Notes under the pieces: generated by a model
What the model was told of the DNA's origin: nothing
The model's input: the letters and a program-made list of their open reading frames with translations, nothing else
Databases searched by the model: none
Made by a program: the position numbers and the translations under genes
Part shown: positions 27,383 to 38,300 of the stretch, one piece after another
Position numbering within the stretch: position 1 is the stretch's first letter
Layout of the letters: every line of letters begins with the position of its first letter
Source: an uncultured Myxococcales bacterium
GTDB lineage: Bacteria; Myxococcota_A; Polyangia; Fen-1088
Reading direction: 5' to 3'
Length of the DNA: 55,419 bases
Assembly: GCA_964491625.1 (NCBI GenBank)
Contig: CAZBIU010000002.1
Span: 1-55,419, forward strand

Positions 27383-28774
27383 ATGGTCCGACTGACTTCG
27401 ACCTTGGCTCTACTGTTGCTCGCGGGTGGATCGGCTAGTTGCGGCAGCTCAGGGGCTGGCGCGGGGATCGCTCGTGACAGCAGCATCACAGACAGCGGCG
27501 GCGCGGTTGGTAGTGGCGGGGCTTCGACGTCCGGCGGAGCCACGGGGTTAGGAACCGGCGGCGCTGGATCGAGCGGGATGGCGGTCGCGGGTGGCACGCT
27601 GGGAAGCGCGGGCGTGAGCACGGCGGGCGGCTTCACCTCGGCCGGCGTCGGCGGATCGGGAGGCGGCGAGAATACTGGCGGCATCGTCGGAGGCGGTGGG
27701 GTAGTCGGCACAGGCGGGATCGGGCGCGGCGGCGAGTTCGGCACGGGCGGCGTCAGCGCCGCAAGGGGTGGCGTGGCGGGCTCCGCGGGCGGGGCGGGCG
27801 GGCGTTCTGCATCCGGCGGCATGAGTGCAAGTGGAGGCGCGGCTGGATCCGGGGGCAGTGAGGGCGGTCGAGGTGGCGCGGGTGGCGTAAGTGCGGGGGG
27901 CGGTGCCGGCGGTGGGGCTGGCACCGGCGGGTCGAGCGGAGGCGGCACGTCCGCGGGCGTGGATCGCTTCGGCGTCACAGAGCTTTATCCCGCGCTCGCG
28001 GGTGGCAAGGCGTGGTTCTCGTCGTGGGACAATGGCAGCGCGCGCAGCTTCACCGGAATCGACCCTGGCGACCCCTGGTTTGACGCCGACCATGGTGATG
28101 CTTCCTATTCCACCGACGGCGCCGGCACCTTGAAGATTTCGGGCGGTGTACCGCGCATGTACGTGCACGACCCGGCCAAGCTCGACCAGTGGCGTGACGT
28201 GGAGATCACCATGTACTTCATGCGCACGCCCGCCTTCACCTGCTCGGCGGCGTACGCAGGCATGGCGGCACTGGCGCGCACGAACCACGGCACCACCGGC
28301 CAAGAGACCGTCGACCTGTGCGACACCCGCGGCATCAACGCCCGCATGCGCTGCGACGGCCACATCGATTTTGAAAAGGAAACCAGGCATCCCGATTCCA
28401 CCGCGATCCTGAACAAGTCCTACTGGAGCGCGGGAACCTTGCCTACCAACCAGTGGATCGGCTACAAGCACGCGGTGTACGATCTGGCCGACGGCGGCGT
28501 CAAGCAAGAGCTTTGGATCGACGAGACCGACGGGAAAGACGGCGGTACCTGGCGCAAGCTCGACGAGCACGTCGACTATGGCCAAGACTTCGGCATGGGC
28601 GCCACGCCGTGCGCGGCTGGGATCGATCCTGCCTTGCCTCTCACCCGCGCCCCGACGCGCGCCGGCTCGGAGAGCGGCAAGCCCAACATCACGGTGTATT
28701 TCCGGAGTGACAACGTCGGCAGCGAAGGTCTCGTCTTCAAGAAGGGCAGCGTACGCGAGGTCAGTGTGCCGTAG
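27383..28774 (+). CDS. lipoprotein with ~190-aa Gly-rich linker and jelly-roll-like C-terminal domain (possible polysaccharide lyase/glycanase)
   Basis: Start at ATG 27383 ([21 protein letters not shown] lipobox). The C-terminal ~270 aa are beta-rich. I cannot name the family. Confidence 0.6.
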   Translation: MVRLTSTLALLLLAGGSASCGSSGAGAGIARDSSITDSGGAVGSGGASTSGGATGLGTGGAGSSGMAVAGGTLGSAGVSTAGGFTSAGVGGSGGGENTGGIVGGGGVVGTGGIGRGGEFGTGGVSAARGGVAGSAGGAGGRSASGGMSASGGAAGSGGSEGGRGGAGGVSAGGGAGGGAGTGGSSGGGTSAGVDRFGVTELYPALAGGKAWFSSWDNGSARSFTGIDPGDPWFDADHGDASYSTDGAGTLKISGGVPRMYVHDPAKLDQWRDVEITMYFMRTPAFTCSAAYAGMAALARTNHGTTGQETVDLCDTRGINARMRCDGHIDFEKETRHPDSTAILNKSYWSAGTLPTNQWIGYKHAVYDLADGGVKQELWIDETDGKDGGTWRKLDEHVDYGQDFGMGATPCAAGIDPALPLTRAPTRAGSESGKPNITVYFRSDNVGSEGLVFKKGSVREVSVP

Positions 28775-28891
28775 CGGTCGACGACGGTCCACTGACGCGA
28801 GCACCCCCAATTCGATTTACCGTCGCCGATCTTCTGCAACAAGCGTGTATGTAAGCCACCTACTCTCAGTGGCGGCATCCAACTGCCGTCG

Positions 28892-30436
28892 ATGAAAGGG
28901 TTGGTCAAAACGCAGATGGACCTCGGGGCCGTCCTTCGCCCCGGTCAGCTGGTGGGCGAAAGGTACCGTGTCGAACAACTCTTGGCTGAGGGGGGAATGG
29001 CTGCCGTTTGGGCGGGAACCAACGAGCGCACCGGCAAGCACGTTGCTCTCAAGGTCATTCTTCCCACATTCGCCGAAGTGGGCGGCGCGGCCGAATTGTT
29101 CCGCCGCGAGGCCCTTGCCGCGAGCATGGTCAACCACCCGAGCGTGGTTAGCATCTTTGACGTCATCGAACATGAAGGCACGACGTGCATCGTGATGGAG
29201 CTTCTGGAAGGGGAAACGCTGCAAGCGTACTTGGGCGAGCACGGGCCCTTGCCCGTCACAGAGGCGGTTGCATTGCTATTGCCCGCCATGCGCGGCGTTG
29301 CGGCCGCCAATGCGAAGGGCGTCATCCACCGCGATCTGAAACCAGGAAATCTCTTTCTGTGCAAGGATCCCGAGGGACGCTTGCTGACCACCAAGGTCCT
29401 CGACTTCGGCATCTCGATGTTGGCCGAGCGGGTCGTGGACTTTACGTCGGCGTCGGGAAACCCAGGCGCGCGCTTTGGCACGCCTGCCTATATGGCGCCC
29501 GAGGACATCGAGTTCCCGCACATCGTCGACAGCCGAACCGACGTCTACGGCTTTGGCGTCCTGATTTTCGAAGTGCTGACCGGCCAAGTGCCGTTCCCGG
29601 GAGAGCCGAGCCAAGAGCTGCTAGCACGAATTCTCACCGAGCCGCCACCCAAGGTCACGAGCTATCGTCCCGACCTCCCCGACGCAGTTCAGCCCATCCT
29701 AGACCGGACGTTGGCGAAGAATCCGGCCGAACGCTTCCCCGATGTGGAGCACCTGATTCGGGCGATGGAGGATCATCTGCTGCCGCCGTTGCCGGTGCAA
29801 CGCTCGCTGTCGCCAATTGCGGGCGTGGCCTTCTTGCCGCGCGGACCATCGAACGCGCTTCCCGCTGCCCTGGCCCAGGCAGATGAACCGAGCTCGCCGC
29901 CCGGGCGCGCCCGGGCGGGAGAGACGCGGGCCTTGTACTCGCTTCCTGCCGATGACTCGCACGTCGCTTCCGGGGCGGGGGTAATCTCGAGGCTGGGGTT
30001 GTCGCAAGCCGTCGCGATACGGGCAAGAGCGTGGCAGATGCTCCGACGTGGGGTCTTGCAAAGACCCATCGCCGCCGCGTTGATCGTCGCGATCCTCCTC
30101 TTGATACCGTGGTTCCTGCTTTTCCGAGGAAAAGATGCCGACGGTCGCGGCAGTCCCAAGGAGGTCCGTGTGGAACCAGGCGACCCCTCGGCACGTGGCC
30201 CGCAGGTTACGCCGCTCCCCATCCCGCCTCCTTCGAGGCTCCCGACCATCGCTGATGTGGAGGAAGAATCGGGAGGCTCTGTGAGGCCGCCTCCGGCTGC
30301 CTATGCCGACCACGGCGGGCCGCCGCAGCCCCGTGCCAAGGCCATCCTGCGGGCCGCGCCTGGGCCGCGTAGGAGCAACCCCGCGTCCCGATCCGGTTCG
30401 CATCGGGCAGGTACGTTGTCGGCGTCGGACTTCTGA
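28892..30436 (+). CDS. Hanks-type Ser/Thr protein kinase with TM segment and Pro-rich tail
   Basis: 'LAEGGMAAVWAG', 'VALKVI', 'HRDLKPGNLFL', 'DFGIS' and 'GTPAYMAPE'. TM 'IAAALIVAILLLIPWFLLF'. Confidence 0.9.
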   Translation: MKGLVKTQMDLGAVLRPGQLVGERYRVEQLLAEGGMAAVWAGTNERTGKHVALKVILPTFAEVGGAAELFRREALAASMVNHPSVVSIFDVIEHEGTTCIVMELLEGETLQAYLGEHGPLPVTEAVALLLPAMRGVAAANAKGVIHRDLKPGNLFLCKDPEGRLLTTKVLDFGISMLAERVVDFTSASGNPGARFGTPAYMAPEDIEFPHIVDSRTDVYGFGVLIFEVLTGQVPFPGEPSQELLARILTEPPPKVTSYRPDLPDAVQPILDRTLAKNPAERFPDVEHLIRAMEDHLLPPLPVQRSLSPIAGVAFLPRGPSNALPAALAQADEPSSPPGRARAGETRALYSLPADDSHVASGAGVISRLGLSQAVAIRARAWQMLRRGVLQRPIAAALIVAILLLIPWFLLFRGKDADGRGSPKEVRVEPGDPSARGPQVTPLPIPPPSRLPTIADVEEESGGSVRPPPAAYADHGGPPQPRAKAILRAAPGPRRSNPASRSGSHRAGTLSASDF

Positions 30437-30450
30437 TGAATGGACGCAGT

Positions 30451-32418
30451 CTAGCTTTTCACCGGAACCACGAAGGTCGTGACCGAATTGGCGGGAATGG
30501 TGGCGGTGAAGCTCCAGCCTTGCGGCGAGGCGGAGGTCAGGTGCGCCAGATCCTCGCTGGTGGAAGTTCGGTACGCGTCGATGCTCGTGCCGAGCGAGGG
30601 CAGCGAGGTGAGGTCAAAGGTGAATCCCTTGCTGCCCGACGTGTCGCCGTTGCGAACCACAATCGTTAGCGTCGCCCCGTCGGCCGACAGGGCAGCCACC
30701 ATGTCCGCGTTGTTGATGTCGACAAATGTGGCGCCCGGGCGAATGTAGCGGGTGAATCCGGACTGCATGTAGAAGCGTTTGAGCGGCGTCCAAGTCTGCT
30801 GGGAATCGTCCACGGTGAAGCTGGTCCAGGTTTCGCCTGGGTCCACCACCTGCCACTCGATCCAGGCTTCGGGCTGCAAATCGCGCAGATCCTGAATGAT
30901 CCGTCCCGCCATGAAGATGGCCGCAGCGGCGTTGTCGGCCAAGGTCACGCTCAGCGGGCCGCTTTCCGACTGCCACAGGCGTTTGCCCTTGCTGGTGGCG
31001 AGCGCGCGAAGCTGCGTGCGCTTGGAGCCTGCGTAAGAGTGCACGTTGATTTGCGCCATCGCGGCTAGCGTCGTCGCGTCGTAAGCGCCGATGATGCTGT
31101 AGGCGTCGTCCATGCTGTTTTCGTCCGAGGCACTGAGGTGGGTGTCGGTGATGCCCTTCGTGCCGAGCGACGCCGAAACAGCTTTGATGACCTGCTGCTG
31201 ATTGGCGGCGCTGAAATGACAGCCCTCTTGGCTGCCGTTTGCCGTCCACCAATTGGCGTTGGGCTCGTTCATCGGTTCCAGGGTGCGGAAGGTGATGCCG
31301 AGCGCGTCGTGATAGTGCTTGGTCACCTCGGTCAAATAGTCTGCAAACGTGTCGTAGGAATCGTCCTTCAGGTTGTTGGAGCCGTCGGTGTTGCCGGAGG
31401 CGCAGCCGCTCTTGGTCATCCAATACGGCGGCGAATTGGAGAACGCCTCGATGATCACGTCCTTGCCGGTCGACACCAGGCGCGTGAGCACCGACGTCTG
31501 GCGCGAGTCCGCGTTCCAGTCCCAGGTGCCGCTGCTGGATTCGAAGCCCGGCATCTGCCGATTGGCTTCCATGTGATTGTGGCCCGGGGCATCGCCGCCG
31601 CCGATGTTGTAGCGGAAGACGTTGTAGCCAAGCCCGGCCACCGGGTCGACGATGAGGTCGAGGAACTGATTGCGCTTGCTTTCCGACCAGCCGCCGATGC
31701 GGTAGGCCCACCAAGCGAGGCTGGTGCCCCAGCCCTCGAAGGTCTGGTGTTTGGTGTTGACGTCGACCTTGACCAGGGTGGTGCCCGGCGCGGCGACCAC
31801 GGTGGTCTTGCCGCCGGCACCGGTGGCACCGCCGGTCGCCATGGTTCCCGCCGAGCCGCCTCTGCCGCCGCCCGCCACGCCGCCGCTGCCTGCGGCATCG
31901 GACAGCGGGACGTCACCGCCGGCCCGCGCATCTGCGGATGTGCCTCCGCTGCCAGGGGCGCCGCCGGTGATGATGGCCGCGTCGGCCCCCGATCCACCCG
32001 CGGCGCCGCCCGCGCCCGAGAACCCGCCTGCTCCGCCCCTGCCGCCGCTTCCCTGACCGCCGGATGCTTGACCGCCCGCTGCCTGACCGCCGCTTCCCTG
32101 ACCGCCGGATGCTTGACCGCCGGCGGCTCGTCCGCCGGTCGGCTGTCCGCCGCTTGGGACCACGGCTCCGCCCGATCCTGTGGCTCCGCCGGCTTGACTC
32201 GCGCCTCCCGTTGCCGCCACGCCACCACTGCCGCTGGAATTCGCGGTGTTGCCGCCCTTCGCCTGACCGCCCGTGCCCATCTGGTCACCAGTGCCGGCTC
32301 GGCCACCGGACGATAGTGCACCACCCAATCCAGCGCCCGCCGGTTGGGTTCCACATGCGCCCAGCAGGATCGTCGATGCAAACAGGACGACAACACGTCC
32401 TTCGAGATTGTCTTTCAT
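30451..32418 (-). CDS. lipoprotein glycoside hydrolase family 30 (beta-1,6-glycanase/glucosylceramidase-like)
   Basis: Start at ATG 32416-32418 (MKDNLEGRVVVLFASTILLGAC). Gly/Ser/Gln linker. 'HQTFEGWGTSLAWWA', 'FRYNIGGGD' and 'LEPMNEPNANWW'. C-terminal beta-sandwich. Confidence 0.85.
   Translation of the reverse strand: MKDNLEGRVVVLFASTILLGACGTQPAGAGLGGALSSGGRAGTGDQMGTGGQAKGGNTANSSGSGGVAATGGASQAGGATGSGGAVVPSGGQPTGGRAAGGQASGGQGSGGQAAGGQASGGQGSGGRGGAGGFSGAGGAAGGSGADAAIITGGAPGSGGTSADARAGGDVPLSDAAGSGGVAGGGRGGSAGTMATGGATGAGGKTTVVAAPGTTLVKVDVNTKHQTFEGWGTSLAWWAYRIGGWSESKRNQFLDLIVDPVAGLGYNVFRYNIGGGDAPGHNHMEANRQMPGFESSSGTWDWNADSRQTSVLTRLVSTGKDVIIEAFSNSPPYWMTKSGCASGNTDGSNNLKDDSYDTFADYLTEVTKHYHDALGITFRTLEPMNEPNANWWTANGSQEGCHFSAANQQQVIKAVSASLGTKGITDTHLSASDENSMDDAYSIIGAYDATTLAAMAQINVHSYAGSKRTQLRALATSKGKRLWQSESGPLSVTLADNAAAAIFMAGRIIQDLRDLQPEAWIEWQVVDPGETWTSFTVDDSQQTWTPLKRFYMQSGFTRYIRPGATFVDINNADMVAALSADGATLTIVVRNGDTSGSKGFTFDLTSLPSLGTSIDAYRTSTSEDLAHLTSASPQGWSFTATIPANSVTTFVVPVKS
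32042..32121 (-). repeat. 35-nt exact direct repeat with 45-nt period inside the GH30 linker (GGQASGGQGSGGQAA unit)
   Basis: 32042-32076 and 32087-32121 are identical when read base by base. Confidence 0.85.
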
Positions 32419-32595
32419 AAGAGTGGCTCTTTCCCAGCGCTGCGATCCGACCGGCGGCCGGACGGCTGATGCCGAAACCCCAATTATGGCACGCGCAATT
32501 GTCCGTCGGAACACAGTTCTTCGCGGATGCATGGCACGTCAATTCGAGCCAATTCGCCCTTGCCGACCTGGTGCATTCGTGGGCAGCATGCAGAC

Positions 32596-33072
32596 ATGGA
32601 GCGCCTCCGGATGCCGGAGTTTTTCGCACCCGCGCCGCTTCTGGCCGTGGCGCTGATGGTGGTGAACGACCGCATGCTCAAGCCCTGCTTTCACAATGCG
32701 GTCACCGGCAAGCTTTCCGATCTGGCGATTTGCTTCTTCCTGCCGCTATTCACGTCGGCGCTGCTGGGGCTCATTTGGCGAGGCCGGGACCGCGCGCGCG
32801 TGCTGATGGGCGCCGGCCTGGCGACATTCGTCTTCTGCGGCCAGGAGATCTGGCCTGGCTTCCAGCGCCTTTTCCTTGGCGCCCTGCATGTGCTCGGCAG
32901 TCCGTTCGGGCTCAGGCACTTCGTCTTGACCAGCGACCCCAGCGACCTTTGGGCACTGCTCATGGTGCCAGTTGCGGTAAGCTATGGATGGCGTCGTCTC
33001 AGGCTGTCTCGTGCGCGCGTGGACCCAACCGCGACATCTGCGTCCGGGCTTCGTCCTGGAAAGGAAGGGTAA
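32596..33072 (+). CDS. small polytopic membrane protein, function unknown
   Basis: Start taken at MERLRMPEFF. Four hydrophobic segments (e.g. 'LLAVALMVV', 'LAICFFLPLFTSALLGLI'). Confidence 0.45.
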   Translation: MERLRMPEFFAPAPLLAVALMVVNDRMLKPCFHNAVTGKLSDLAICFFLPLFTSALLGLIWRGRDRARVLMGAGLATFVFCGQEIWPGFQRLFLGALHVLGSPFGLRHFVLTSDPSDLWALLMVPVAVSYGWRRLRLSRARVDPTATSASGLRPGKEG

Positions 33073-33117
33073 CCCTTGAAATCAGCGTTGGCCCAAGTCC
33101 TGCATCTGAGCGGTAGC

Positions 33118-34728
33118 ATGACAAAGTACCTCCTCATCGTTCTGTCGATGCTTGCAGCACTGGGCTGTTCGTCGTCGGACAACGGATCGGGCTCCACCGG
33201 CGTTTCCGTGCAGCCCCCGCCCTTGGATCGCCTGATCGAGGAGGGCGACATCGTGTGGCTTGACGGTTCGACCCTGTACGTCCTCAATCAGAGCAAGGGT
33301 CTGTCGGTGATCGGGATTGGCGATCCGTCGGCGCCGACCCTCATGAGCCGGGCTTCGCTTTCGGGCACGCCGGTCGAGATGTACCTGCACAACGGCTACA
33401 TCTTGGCGTTGAACTCGGGGATCTCGTCCGCGTCGTCTTCCACCACGAGCTCGCGCATGACGGTCATCGACGTGCGCAAGCCCGGCTCGCCGTTGCTGGC
33501 CGGCTACGTGGGGCTTTCCGGGACGACCACCAACTCGCGCTTGGTGGGTGACGTTCTCTACACGGCATCTGACTCGGGCGCGGTGATCGAATCGGTGAAC
33601 GTCGCCAACCCGGGCTCGCCGCAGTTGGTGGACCGGATCACCCTGCCGCTCGGCACGTCTGGCAGCAACGTGCTGGCGACGGAAAACGTCTTCTATGTGG
33701 CGACCGAATCCTATCAAGGGACAGCCATGGGCGAGTGCGCCTCCAGCTACTACGACAACGAGGGTTGCACCACGATCTTTGCCATCGACATCAGCTCGCC
33801 GGTCGGGGTTCTTCGCTTCGGCGCCAACTACGCGATGGCTGGGATGCTGAAGGATCGCTGGGGCATGGACGCCTATGGCGGTGTCTTTCGGGTCCTGGTC
33901 GCGCGGGACGGTTGGTGGACCTCGACCGGCAGCTTGACCGCGACCCTGCGCACCTTCAACTCGCCCGACGCCAGCCATCTCGATCCCATCGCCACGCTCT
34001 CTCTCGACACGGCTCACCTGGAGAAGGTGATGGCGGTGCGCTTCGACGGACCGCGAGCATACCTTGTCACCTATCGGCAAGCGGATCCCCTCTTCACCAT
34101 AGACCTGTCCGACCCGGCCAACCCCACTATCGCCGGCTATCTGCAGACGCCCGGATGGCTCGACTTCATCATCCCGCGGGGGAACCGCTTGCTCGGCATC
34201 GGCCGCGATTGGAACAGTCAGTCCGCGGGCTGGCACCTGCAAGCTTCGATCTACGACGTGAGCAATCTGGGATCGCCCCGGCTCATGGACCGAATCCCGT
34301 TCGGCGACAGCTACTCCGCGCTGCCGGATCAGGCCGACAATTTGGCCAAGGTGGTGCGGACGGTTGACGATCTCAGTCTGCTTCTGGTGCCCTACAATTC
34401 GACGTCAACCGGCTACTCACAAGACAACACCGGCGGCCGGGTCGAAATCGTTTCGTATGCCAACGACACCCTAGGCACCTTCGGCCAGATTGCCGCCGCC
34501 AGCGAGATCGTGCGGGCCGTGCCCTTGCCGCCGAACCACATCGCCGTCGTAACCGAGCCCGCGGTGGGCGTCGTTCAATTGACCCCGAGCTTGGAAGTGT
34601 CCGGCGTTGTGGACCTGAATCAGTCGCTCGCCGGGACACCGACAAAGCCAGACGCAGGTTCCCCCGTGGATGGAGGTTCCCAGCCCGGGGACGCAGGTTC
34701 CCCCGTGGATGGAGGCTTCCATGACTAG
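33118..34728 (+). CDS. lipoprotein with secreted beta-propeller domain (Beta_propel/PF09826-like)
   Basis: Start at MTKYLLIVLSMLAALGCSS (lipobox). 'EEGDIVWLDGSTLYVLNQSKGLSVIGIGDPSAPTL...' repeated blade-like pattern. Confidence 0.7.
   Translation: MTKYLLIVLSMLAALGCSSSDNGSGSTGVSVQPPPLDRLIEEGDIVWLDGSTLYVLNQSKGLSVIGIGDPSAPTLMSRASLSGTPVEMYLHNGYILALNSGISSASSSTTSSRMTVIDVRKPGSPLLAGYVGLSGTTTNSRLVGDVLYTASDSGAVIESVNVANPGSPQLVDRITLPLGTSGSNVLATENVFYVATESYQGTAMGECASSYYDNEGCTTIFAIDISSPVGVLRFGANYAMAGMLKDRWGMDAYGGVFRVLVARDGWWTSTGSLTATLRTFNSPDASHLDPIATLSLDTAHLEKVMAVRFDGPRAYLVTYRQADPLFTIDLSDPANPTIAGYLQTPGWLDFIIPRGNRLLGIGRDWNSQSAGWHLQASIYDVSNLGSPRLMDRIPFGDSYSALPDQADNLAKVVRTVDDLSLLLVPYNSTSTGYSQDNTGGRVEIVSYANDTLGTFGQIAAASEIVRAVPLPPNHIAVVTEPAVGVVQLTPSLEVSGVVDLNQSLAGTPTKPDAGSPVDGGSQPGDAGSPVDGGFHD
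34651..34715 (+). repeat. 26-nt exact direct repeat, 39-nt period (13-aa duplication DAGSPVDGG..) at the 3' end of the beta-propeller gene
   Basis: 34651-34676 is identical to 34690-34715 when read base by base. Confidence 0.85.
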
Positions 34729-35290
34729 CCGCAAAGTCATTCGAGTCCGGCCCCTGGCGCGCCTTTTGGCCCTACTGGGAACCAGTTACTTCCTGATCGC
34801 GACGTCTCAGTACGAGCCCACCTCGTACCACGACGTCTGCAATCACCCAACCCAGTCCGTGGTGTTCCACGTCACCGGAACCTGCGGACCCGAAGGCGAC
34901 GTCACCATGATCTCACTGGCCAACGACTGTGCCATCTCCGTGAAAGGCGGTGGTGACGTAGGGCTGCCCACGGCGGGAAGGTTCGAGAGTGCCACCGGCA
35001 AAAACGTTGGCCTGACCTCCGATGCGTGGACCTTGTCCGGTTACTTGCAGGAAGGCTCGTCCCTGCCGGCGAACGCGTACCGCGATGCCGGTTTCTTCAC
35101 CGTGCAAAGCGACGCGCAGGTCGGCGCCGATTCGGGGTTTTCCACCAGCGGTGGCACGCAGACCCCGACGGTAACCCACGGTAATCTGGTGAAACGGGAG
35201 TGCGACAACAGCACTGCCAGTCCGCTCTCGGCGTCGTGCCAGGACCAATCGACCGGGTCGACCTGCCGGGCGCAACTGACGGTGAAGTAG
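34721..35290 (+). CDS. signal-anchored Cys-containing hypothetical protein
   Basis: ATG 34721 overlaps the upstream stop (ATGACTAG). 'LARLLALLGTSYFLIA' hydrophobic N-terminus and several Cys. Confidence 0.5.
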   Translation: MTSRKVIRVRPLARLLALLGTSYFLIATSQYEPTSYHDVCNHPTQSVVFHVTGTCGPEGDVTMISLANDCAISVKGGGDVGLPTAGRFESATGKNVGLTSDAWTLSGYLQEGSSLPANAYRDAGFFTVQSDAQVGADSGFSTSGGTQTPTVTHGNLVKRECDNSTASPLSASCQDQSTGSTCRAQLTVK

Positions 35291-35327
35291 TTACTTCGAA
35301 AGCGCACTCGCGAAGAGCCCGCAGTGG

Positions 35328-38300
35328 CTAACCCGCCGTCTGGATGTCTTCGTCGGGCAAGAGGGCCGCGATCATCGTCGCGCCCGAGGTCTGCTGTGCG
35401 GTGGTCAGGCTCAACGGATTCTCGTCGGTGATAGCCAGGCCCGTGAGCTTGCCGGCGCCATCGTTGTAAAGGCCAACCAAGGTGTCCCAGTTGCTGGCGA
35501 GGTTGCTCGAAGCATCAGCAACCGCCACCGAGTGAACCGTGGCGTTGCCCGCCAGCGTCTGCGCGTCCCCCGCCACGGCATTGGTGACGTCTACCTGGTA
35601 GTTCAGGTTGTCGATCGTACCTAGCGCGGAGGCGCCTGTGGTCCAATCGGATTCGGAGAGGGATAGCATCGGCGAGTCGTCGGTGAGGTGGAGTTGGGAG
35701 AGAGTGTCTCCCAGGGCGAGCACGTCGCCGAAATTGTTCGACACGTTGTCGGCGCTGTCGCTGATGCTGATCGACGTGACCTCAGGGATATTCTGAAGGT
35801 TGGCAAGATCCGCCATGGCCGCTCCCGTGGCTTCAAGCTGGTAGGACCCGTCGATCTTGGACAGCGTGTCCCCGTTGTTGAGCACTTGTGCCGCCGTGAG
35901 CGAGATGGTTTCGTCCTGGTCCGTAAGCGAGATGGAATTCAGGTTCGTCGCGGACGCGAGCGCGTCGAAATTCGCCGCAATTTCCGTGCTCGAATCGCTG
36001 ACGTCCATCGAGGCGACGTGCGTGTCGCTGGCCAGGGTTGTCGCGTCCTGTGCCGAGACATCACTGAGGGCGACACTGTATTGGCCGTCCTTCACTTGCC
36101 CGAGGATGGCGGCCGAGTCGGCGTAGGTCTGGGCGGTCATTTCCATCGCGACGGTCGGATCTTCCACCACAAGCTGGGTGACTTTCGACTGTCCCGCCAG
36201 ATCGCCAAGGGCCGCCGTCAGCGCACTTGCGCTGTCCAGCACCTGGATAGATGTGACCTCGTCCGCGCTTGCCAGGTCGGACACCTGCGACACGCGAGCG
36301 CCCTGGATGGCGGCGGTAATGTCGGTGCTGAACTTCTGGCGTAAGGCATCGCCATTGTTCCAATCGTCAACCCCGATCTGCAGCGCCGAGGAATCGGTCT
36401 CGGCCACGTCGGTAAGCTTGGCGCCGATCTGCGCGAGCGAGCCCCAGGCGGACGACAAATTCGCACCGGTGTCGGACACGGCGAGGCTTGCGACTTGGGT
36501 GTCGGAGGCAAAGGTGGCTGCCTTGGCTGCCGAGACTTGCGAAAGGGAGGCCAGGTAGCCGCCCTGGATCTTGGCCAGCGCCGCCGCGTCTTGTTCGTAC
36601 TGTGCCCCGGTCAGGCTCAGCATGGTGCCGGGTGCGTCGGTCTGGGTGATGCTAAGGAGCTTCGATCCGAGGGAATTGAGATCCGATAGATTGGTGGCGA
36701 TGCTGTCGGCGTCGCCGGAGACATCGACGGTGGCGATCTTGTGGTTGTTGGTGACCAGGGTCTTCGCGTCGCTCGCCGCGACTCCCGTCACCGCCAGCTT
36801 GTAGCTGCCGCCCTTGATGAGAGACAGAACTGGCTGCGCGTCCGACAGCGCGCTTTCATCCAGTGACAGACTCACGGTCGGCGTCTGGTTGGTGATGCTG
36901 TGGATCTTGCTCCCATTGTCTCCGCCGACCAGAGTTTCGAGCGCCGAGAGGTTGTCCTCGATGGCACTGCCCTCGTCGCTCATGTCGATTTGGGTCACCG
37001 CCGTATCACCGGCAATGGCTTGCGCTTGCCCGACGCTGGCGCCGGTGACCGCGAAGGTCGCGTTCTGGTCGAATTTGCTGACGAGATTGTCGTGGACACC
37101 TGCCTGGTAGTTGTCCGCTGACAGCGAGATGGCGCCGCCGTCGCTCTTGGTGATCGAGGTGAGCTCTGCGCCGAGCGTGCGCAGCGCCGACCACTTGGCC
37201 AAGATATTGCGTCCGGTGTCGGTCACTGCGATTTGCCCCACATGCAAATTGGTGGCATCCGCCACCGCCTTGGCCGCGGATACTCCCGTCAGGTTGGAGG
37301 TGTAGCCGCCCCTGATCTTTGCCAACACGGAGGCGCGCGAATCGAGCTGCGTCTGGGTCAGGTCGAAAGCCGCGCCGACATCGGTCTGCTCGATGCTGGT
37401 AAGTCGGGAACCCAGGTGATAGAGCGCATCGAGCCCCGATTTGATATTGGCGCTGGAATCAGCGACCTGGAACTGGACGATGTGCTTGTTGCTGGCCAAA
37501 GTGGTCGCATCGGCTACGCCAGCGCCCGCAATCGCCACCTTGTAGTTGCCGCCCTTGACCTTGTCGAGCACCGCCTGGGTCGCCGCCATGTCGGCAGCTT
37601 GGAACCGCGACACGTCCATGACCAACGGTGTGCTGGAGTTCGTGACCGTAACGCTCGTCAGCTTGCCCTGCCCGTTGAGAGTCTCCAGGTCGTCCAGATT
37701 GGCTACGAGGTTCGCGCCCGAGTCAGCCACTTCGACGGTGTCCACATGGCTGGCCCCGGCTACCGTCGTCGCGGTTCCGGCACTCACATTGGTCACTGCC
37801 AGCTTGTAGGTGTGCTGTCCGTCATCGACGAACTTGCTAAGCAGGGTATCGCTTGCCGCGAATTGATCCGACGTCAAGCGGATGGCGTTGTTCTGATCGG
37901 TCACTTGCACCGTGGTGAGATTGTCCGCAAGGTCTTGCAGGAAGGACCAGTTGCGAGCCAGGTTCTTTGCCGTATCCTGGACATCGACCGTCACCACTTT
38001 GTGGTCCGACGCAAGCGCCCTGGTCTGCGTTGCCGATGCGTCGATGACGTCGAGCATATCGGAGGTGATGATCTTGCCGAGCACGACCTTGTCCTGCTGG
38101 TATTGTTGCCCGGTCAGGCTCAGTGGGTTCTGCGCGTCGGTCTGGCTGATGCTCTTGATACGCAGGCCCACCCGTTGCAAATCATCCAAGTGGCTGGCGA
38201 TGGCGTCGGTGGTGTCGGTGATGGCAATCGACTTGACCTTGCTGTTGGTCGACAGCCCGGAACTGCCGTCGGGACCCAGCGCATCGCTGACGCTGGCGCC

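Noticed and set aside
27220-27978. 252-aa Pro-rich ORF (PPAPPPA... repeats) and the comparable 15741..16265 ORF
   Set aside because: They are the reverse complement of Gly-rich (GGN codon) linkers in the lipoprotein at 27383 and the PL9-like gene. There is no independent start context or domain.
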